A DNA stretch of 63,807 bases from Bacteroidales bacterium. Its GTDB lineage: Bacteria; Bacteroidota; Bacteroidia; Bacteroidales; VadinHA17. The notes below the pieces were generated by a model, which ran no database searches, was not told where the DNA came from, and saw only the letters and a list, made by a program, of their open reading frames with translations. The stretch covers positions 1 through 63,807 of the forward strand of contig JANYIW010000189.1 in NCBI GenBank assembly GCA_025358645.1, in the 5' to 3' direction. Shown here piece after piece: positions 60,005 through 63,807 of the stretch; the stretch's first letter is position 1; each line of letters begins with the position of its first letter. A program made the position numbers and the translations under genes.

Positions 60005-60892
60005 ATGAGGAATTTTAATTTAAATATAGCAGGGTATAATATCGGATTTGAGGCTTCAGCTAATGCTCCGGATCTTAAGCCGTCTGCAAGATTTCTCAGA
60101 AACATAAATCAGAATAACGGAGCTGATATCCTGATACGCATTCATTCAGAATCTTTTAATCTTCCAAAAGGAGCTGAAAGGGTTTTCTGTGCTCCTTATG
60201 TTGAAGAGTTTAATGGTATCCAGCTCAATAATGTCACAAACTTCTGGAGTGTCTGGAAATATAATTCAGAACTCTATATCTGGACAATCTTTCCACTCTC
60301 TTCAACGGAAAAGAATGCAGTATTGAAATTCTCACTTACATCGATGGAATGGGACCTGTGGATTTACGGTGCCCGGGAAGAGATTGACCCTTTGGAATAT
60401 CCGCTTGATGGACTTATTCTCTATTATCTTACAGTAATAAACGGGGATATCATGATACATGCATCGGGAGTCAATAATACCGGACATGGTTACATCTTCA
60501 GCGGAGTATCAGGAAAAGGAAAGTCTACAATGGCCAAACTCTGGGAAAATTCAGGAGCCAGAGTAATACACGACGACAGGCTTATTTTAAGAAATAACGG
60601 TGGTGTTTTCAGGATGTATAATACCCCGGTATATAATGATGATGAACCGCGTGAATCGATTCTTAACAGGATTTTCATCATTGATCATGGAGCTGAGAAT
60701 CTACTTATCCCGTTAAATGGAGCTACCGCGGTAACGCAGGTAATGGCCAACTGTATTCAGCATAACTGGGGAGCGGAAATAATTGCCCGGCTTCTGGGAT
60801 CAATTTCTATAATGTGCGGGACGATCCCAACCTCAAAGCTTTTCTTCAAACCCGACAAAAGTGTAATTGATCTTATACTCGAACATGAATAA
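60005..60892 (+). CDS. HprK-like P-loop serine kinase family protein
   Basis: 295 aa. IHASGVNNTGHGYIFSGVSGKGKSTMA..VIHDDRLIL matches the HPr-kinase C-domain core (H-x-S/A-x-V...G-x-S-G-x-GKST...DD). The ~150-aa N-domain has no motif I recognise. Confidence 0.7.
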   Translation: MRNFNLNIAGYNIGFEASANAPDLKPSARFLRNINQNNGADILIRIHSESFNLPKGAERVFCAPYVEEFNGIQLNNVTNFWSVWKYNSELYIWTIFPLSSTEKNAVLKFSLTSMEWDLWIYGAREEIDPLEYPLDGLILYYLTVINGDIMIHASGVNNTGHGYIFSGVSGKGKSTMAKLWENSGARVIHDDRLILRNNGGVFRMYNTPVYNDDEPRESILNRIFIIDHGAENLLIPLNGATAVTQVMANCIQHNWGAEIIARLLGSISIMCGTIPTSKLFFKPDKSVIDLILEHE

Positions 60893-61133
60893 CGGGCAGA
60901 ACAATCATAATGGACTCATAGCCCACCGCCTTTCTAAAATAATAAACAAAAATGGCATTAATTATTACATCGCCAGGGGGGATAGTAATGCATGTCCCGA
61001 TAATCCGGTAAAAATCAGCAATATAGCAGGAAGGATTGTGGGTGCGGAGACTACCGGGTTGGGGGGTAGGATAATAAGGGTAATAAAGGATAGTAAGGGT
61101 AATAAAGAGTACCTAAATGAAGAAAAAAATTAA
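60885..61133 (+). CDS. 82-aa hypothetical protein, translationally coupled on both sides (faint S26-peptidase-like box order)
   Basis: ATG 60885 overlaps the kinase stop (ATGAATAA), and the 3' end overlaps the ABC start by 17 nt. The order YIARGDSNACP...AGRIVGA...GRIIRVIKDSKG and its spacing recall S26 boxes B (GDSMxP), C (RGDIVV) and D (KRIIGLPGD). Confidence 0.4.
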   Translation: MNNGQNNHNGLIAHRLSKIINKNGINYYIARGDSNACPDNPVKISNIAGRIVGAETTGLGGRIIRVIKDSKGNKEYLNEEKN

Positions 61134-62904
61134 TCTGTTCAGGGAATCATTAAGGCTTGTCTGGAACAGTTCCCCCGGATGGACATTTACAAATATAGTG
61201 ATGTCTGTTCTGCGGAGCATTTTCCCGCTTATTCTTATCTGGCTACTGAAAGAGGTTGTTGATGTTATCACTAAAGCCACCACATCAGGTCATCCGATTT
61301 CTGACATAAATGTTGTCTGGCCCGTTTTAGCTGTAGTTATTGTCTGGTTTCTCGATGAAGCCTCTTCTGATTTCAGCAATTATGTCCGTAAAAAACAAGC
61401 ACTCAAGCTTGAAATTTATATGTACGGACTGTTGCACTCCAAATCCATAAAACTCGATCTTATCAATTTTGAACGGCCCGAATATTTCGATTGTCTGTCA
61501 CGCGCAACAAGGGAAGCTCCCTGGCGCCCCAACAGTATCCTGAACAATATGATTTCCCTTTTCAGAGGACTTCTCTCATTGCTGCTTATTGCGGGACTTA
61601 TATTAACGCTCAACTGGACACTGGCTGTGCTCCTTCTTGTTGCAAATATCCCGGGTATCTGGTTACGACTCTATTATGCAGATATCCTCTATAATTTTCA
61701 GAGACAGCAAACACCTGAAGCAAGAAAATCTGCATATTTTAACTGGCTGCTGACAGGCGACAGACCCTCAAGGGAGCTGAGGCTTTTCGGTCTGGGAAAC
61801 TATTTCATCAGCCTCTTCAAACAATCATTCCTGAAACAGAAAGAGGAAGAGATCAACATCATAAGAAGAAGAACGCTTATTGAACTTATTTCAAACTTAT
61901 TCAAAGCATCAGCTCTTCTGATTACCCTTTTATTTATCGCACGCCAGACAATCAATGGTAAACTAACGCTTGGTCAGATGACAATGTATCTGCTTGCCTT
62001 CAGACAGGGAATGATTTATATTAAAGATCTGTTCGGGGCACTCGCGGGGCTTTATGAGGATGGCTTATTCATCGGTGATACATTTGAATTTCTGAATCTG
62101 AAAGAATATGTAACTGCAGCCGAACCGGTTATTGTTCCTTCCTCTTTAAAGAAAAAAATAGTTGTGGAAAATCTGTCCTTTACTTATCCGGGCAATAACT
62201 TCACGACAATTAATAACGTTTCATTTGAAATTAAAAAGGGCGAGATTATTGCCCTTGTCGGACCTAATGGCGCTGGGAAAAGCACACTCGTCAGACTTTT
62301 ATGCAGACTTTATGATCCTGATTCGGGAAAGGTAAAATATGATGGAAATGAAATCAGGAATATGGATCCGGAAGAGTACAGAAAACATTTTTCAGTTGTT
62401 TTTCAGGATTTTATGCTATATAATCTTCCTGCCGGAGAGAATATCCGCATGGGTAATATTGATGAAAAGAGTTCAGCCGGTAAAATAAAAGTTTCAGCCA
62501 CTACGACCGGGATCCATGAATTAATCAATAGTCTGCCAAATGGTTATGAAACAGTAATCGGGAATCTTTTTGACGACAGCCGCGAACTCAGTTGGGGAGA
62601 GTGGCAAAAGATTGCCCTGGCGAGAGCTCTCTTCAGGGATGCCCCTGTACTTATACTTGATGAGCCATCCAGTGCGCTTGATGCCGACACGGAGCATGAT
62701 ATTTTCAGCCGGTTCAGAGAGATTGTAAAAGACCGTACATCAATCCTCATCAGTCACCGGTTTACAAATGTCACTCTTGCCGACAGGATAATTGTACTCG
62801 ATAAAGGATCAATTGCAGAAACTGGTACTCATGATGAACTGATGAAGAGTGGCGGATTATATTTCAATATGTTCACAAAGCAGAGCAGCAGATTTAATAC
62901 ATAG
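61117..62904 (+). CDS. ABC transporter permease/ATP-binding fusion (exporter type, McjD/MsbA-like)
   Basis: 595 aa with a 6-TM domain. Walker A GPNGAGKST, atypical signature LSWGEWQK, Walker B LILDEPSSALD, and an H-loop SHR. Confidence 0.9.
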   Translation: MKKKINLFRESLRLVWNSSPGWTFTNIVMSVLRSIFPLILIWLLKEVVDVITKATTSGHPISDINVVWPVLAVVIVWFLDEASSDFSNYVRKKQALKLEIYMYGLLHSKSIKLDLINFERPEYFDCLSRATREAPWRPNSILNNMISLFRGLLSLLLIAGLILTLNWTLAVLLLVANIPGIWLRLYYADILYNFQRQQTPEARKSAYFNWLLTGDRPSRELRLFGLGNYFISLFKQSFLKQKEEEINIIRRRTLIELISNLFKASALLITLLFIARQTINGKLTLGQMTMYLLAFRQGMIYIKDLFGALAGLYEDGLFIGDTFEFLNLKEYVTAAEPVIVPSSLKKKIVVENLSFTYPGNNFTTINNVSFEIKKGEIIALVGPNGAGKSTLVRLLCRLYDPDSGKVKYDGNEIRNMDPEEYRKHFSVVFQDFMLYNLPAGENIRMGNIDEKSSAGKIKVSATTTGIHELINSLPNGYETVIGNLFDDSRELSWGEWQKIALARALFRDAPVLILDEPSSALDADTEHDIFSRFREIVKDRTSILISHRFTNVTLADRIIVLDKGSIAETGTHDELMKSGGLYFNMFTKQSSRFNT

Positions 62905-63141
62905 CCGGACGGAGCCAACTATACCGCCGCGCTCCTTTTCCGCAGAAAGAGGCAGATAAAGTCTACGTACCCAGTCAATGGGCAACACCCCAAAAATATT
63001 TTTTATCAAGGGAGATCTGGTAAATTTGAATTATTTTCAAACAAAACATAAAATAATTCGAAATTTATTTGGTTGTTATCATCTTTTTTGTTTAATTTTA
63101 TAATTGAAGTCAATTGCAAGGCAATATTAATTCTGGTAATA

Positions 63142-63351
63142 ATGAACAAGTTTCAGAAAGAGACTTTCAAGATTAGGTTGCTAAAACTTGCTGCGTTAAA
63201 ATGCACGGGGTCACCTAATGATCTGGCTTTAAGATTTGAGATTAGTGATCGAAGTGTAAAGAGGATTGTTAAGGAACTCCGCGAAGAAGGGACGGACATC
63301 AGGTATAGTCTGTCAAGGAGATCTTATGTGACAGATAAATATTATCAATAA
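63142..63351 (+). CDS. small HTH-domain protein (DeoR/HTH_11-like)
   Basis: Preferred start is MNKFQKETF (the track ORF begins at 63073). GSPNDLALRFEISDRSVKRIVKELREEG is a helix-turn-helix pattern. 69 aa. Confidence 0.55.
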   Translation: MNKFQKETFKIRLLKLAALKCTGSPNDLALRFEISDRSVKRIVKELREEGTDIRYSLSRRSYVTDKYYQ

Positions 63352-63605
63352 TATGTTGTATAACATATCAACTGATCATTTTTCTGTCCCTGTGGTTTTT
63401 TACCTTGCATTAAATAGTTAATGTCATTCGAGTTCTCATGAGTTTTAATTTAGCAAATATCAGCATCGGGGTGTGTACCAGCGAAAGGAATTTTAGGTTT
63501 TCCGGGTATTCAGCACATTCTGGTTTCACAGGTCTTTTCTCGCTGCGTTTTTCGTGCTTTTTGTCTCGTTCTTATGAACAGTAGGTCGTCCTGACCGAGA
63601 CCCCG

Positions 63606-63642
63606 CCCCGGAGGATTGCTGATTATTTTCCGGGGTTTTTTT
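63606..63642 (+). terminator. Rho-independent terminator
   Basis: The stem CCCCGGA (63606-63612) pairs with TCCGGGG (63629-63635), followed by a 7-T run (63636-63642). It lies 255 nt downstream of the HTH gene with no ORF in between. Confidence 0.7.
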
Positions 63643-63807
63643 ATGTGCTCATCGCCCCTGCCCCTTCTCTTACGAATTATTGAAAAAAGACGGTCATTGC
63701 GAGGAGCGAAGCGACGAAGCAATCTCCTGCGATCAAAACAAAACAAGGTAAATTGCATAATTAACGATGACACTATCTTCTCTGAGAGCATTTTCTTTCT
63801 TGTATAA

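Noticed and set aside
62978-63103. 41-aa ORF (MGNTPKIFFIKGDLVNLNYFQTKHKIIRNLFGCYHLFCLIL) after the ABC gene, considered as a precursor peptide for the PqqD/kinase cassette.
   Set aside because: It lies in AT-rich promoter-like DNA overlapping the upstream region of the HTH gene. It has no leader/core features, no Ser/Thr-rich C-terminus and no coupling to the operon. It cannot be excluded, but the sequence does not support it.
63510-63807. ORFs 63510..63791 (minus strand, 93 aa) and 63616..63807 (plus strand, 63 aa).
   Set aside because: Both are Arg/Lys-rich translations of the terminator and of the cattgcgaggagcgaagcgacgaagcaatc palindromic repeat (..LRRFAPRNDR.. / ..SLRGAKRRSNL..). This is a known source of spurious ORFs.

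Overview
This window looks like a chromosomal segment of a low-GC Bacteroidota genome. Supporting signs are the TAnnTTTG -7 promoter boxes, a porP-gldKLMN type IX secretion/gliding core, gldA and rpoN. I can support about 50 protein genes, nearly all housekeeping: glmS, panC, panD, radA, a class A PBP, topA, manC, an Mla-like ABC pair, trpS, rbfA, rpoN, asnS, cysS, ispG and rnr. There is also a contiguous methionine/SAM block: metK, then a SAM-I riboswitch followed by metY, hom, metH and metF. I saw no rRNA, tRNA or CRISPR array.

Two things stand out.

1. Much of the intergenic DNA carries GC-rich palindromic repeat families.
- A C6-AAAT-G6 hairpin family includes one perfect 30-bp inverted pair.
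- A roughly 620-bp nested-palindrome element carries a start-less DUF559 (Vsr-like endonuclease) remnant. It also has an internally deleted copy and a solo arm.
- A roughly 370-bp MITE-like insertion has a 12-bp direct duplication that copies the start codon of the next gene.
- Several of these repeats supply the stop codon or C-terminal tail of neighbouring genes.

2. At 59.7-62.9 kb there is a tightly coupled four-gene cassette: a PqqD-like RiPP recognition protein, an HprK-like P-loop kinase, an 82-aa ORF and an McjD-like ABC exporter. No lasso cyclase, B2 protease or recognisable precursor peptide is present. This is my best candidate for an undescribed peptide-modification/export system.

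All homology calls come from motif recognition by eye. Repeat boundaries are accurate to within a few nucleotides.
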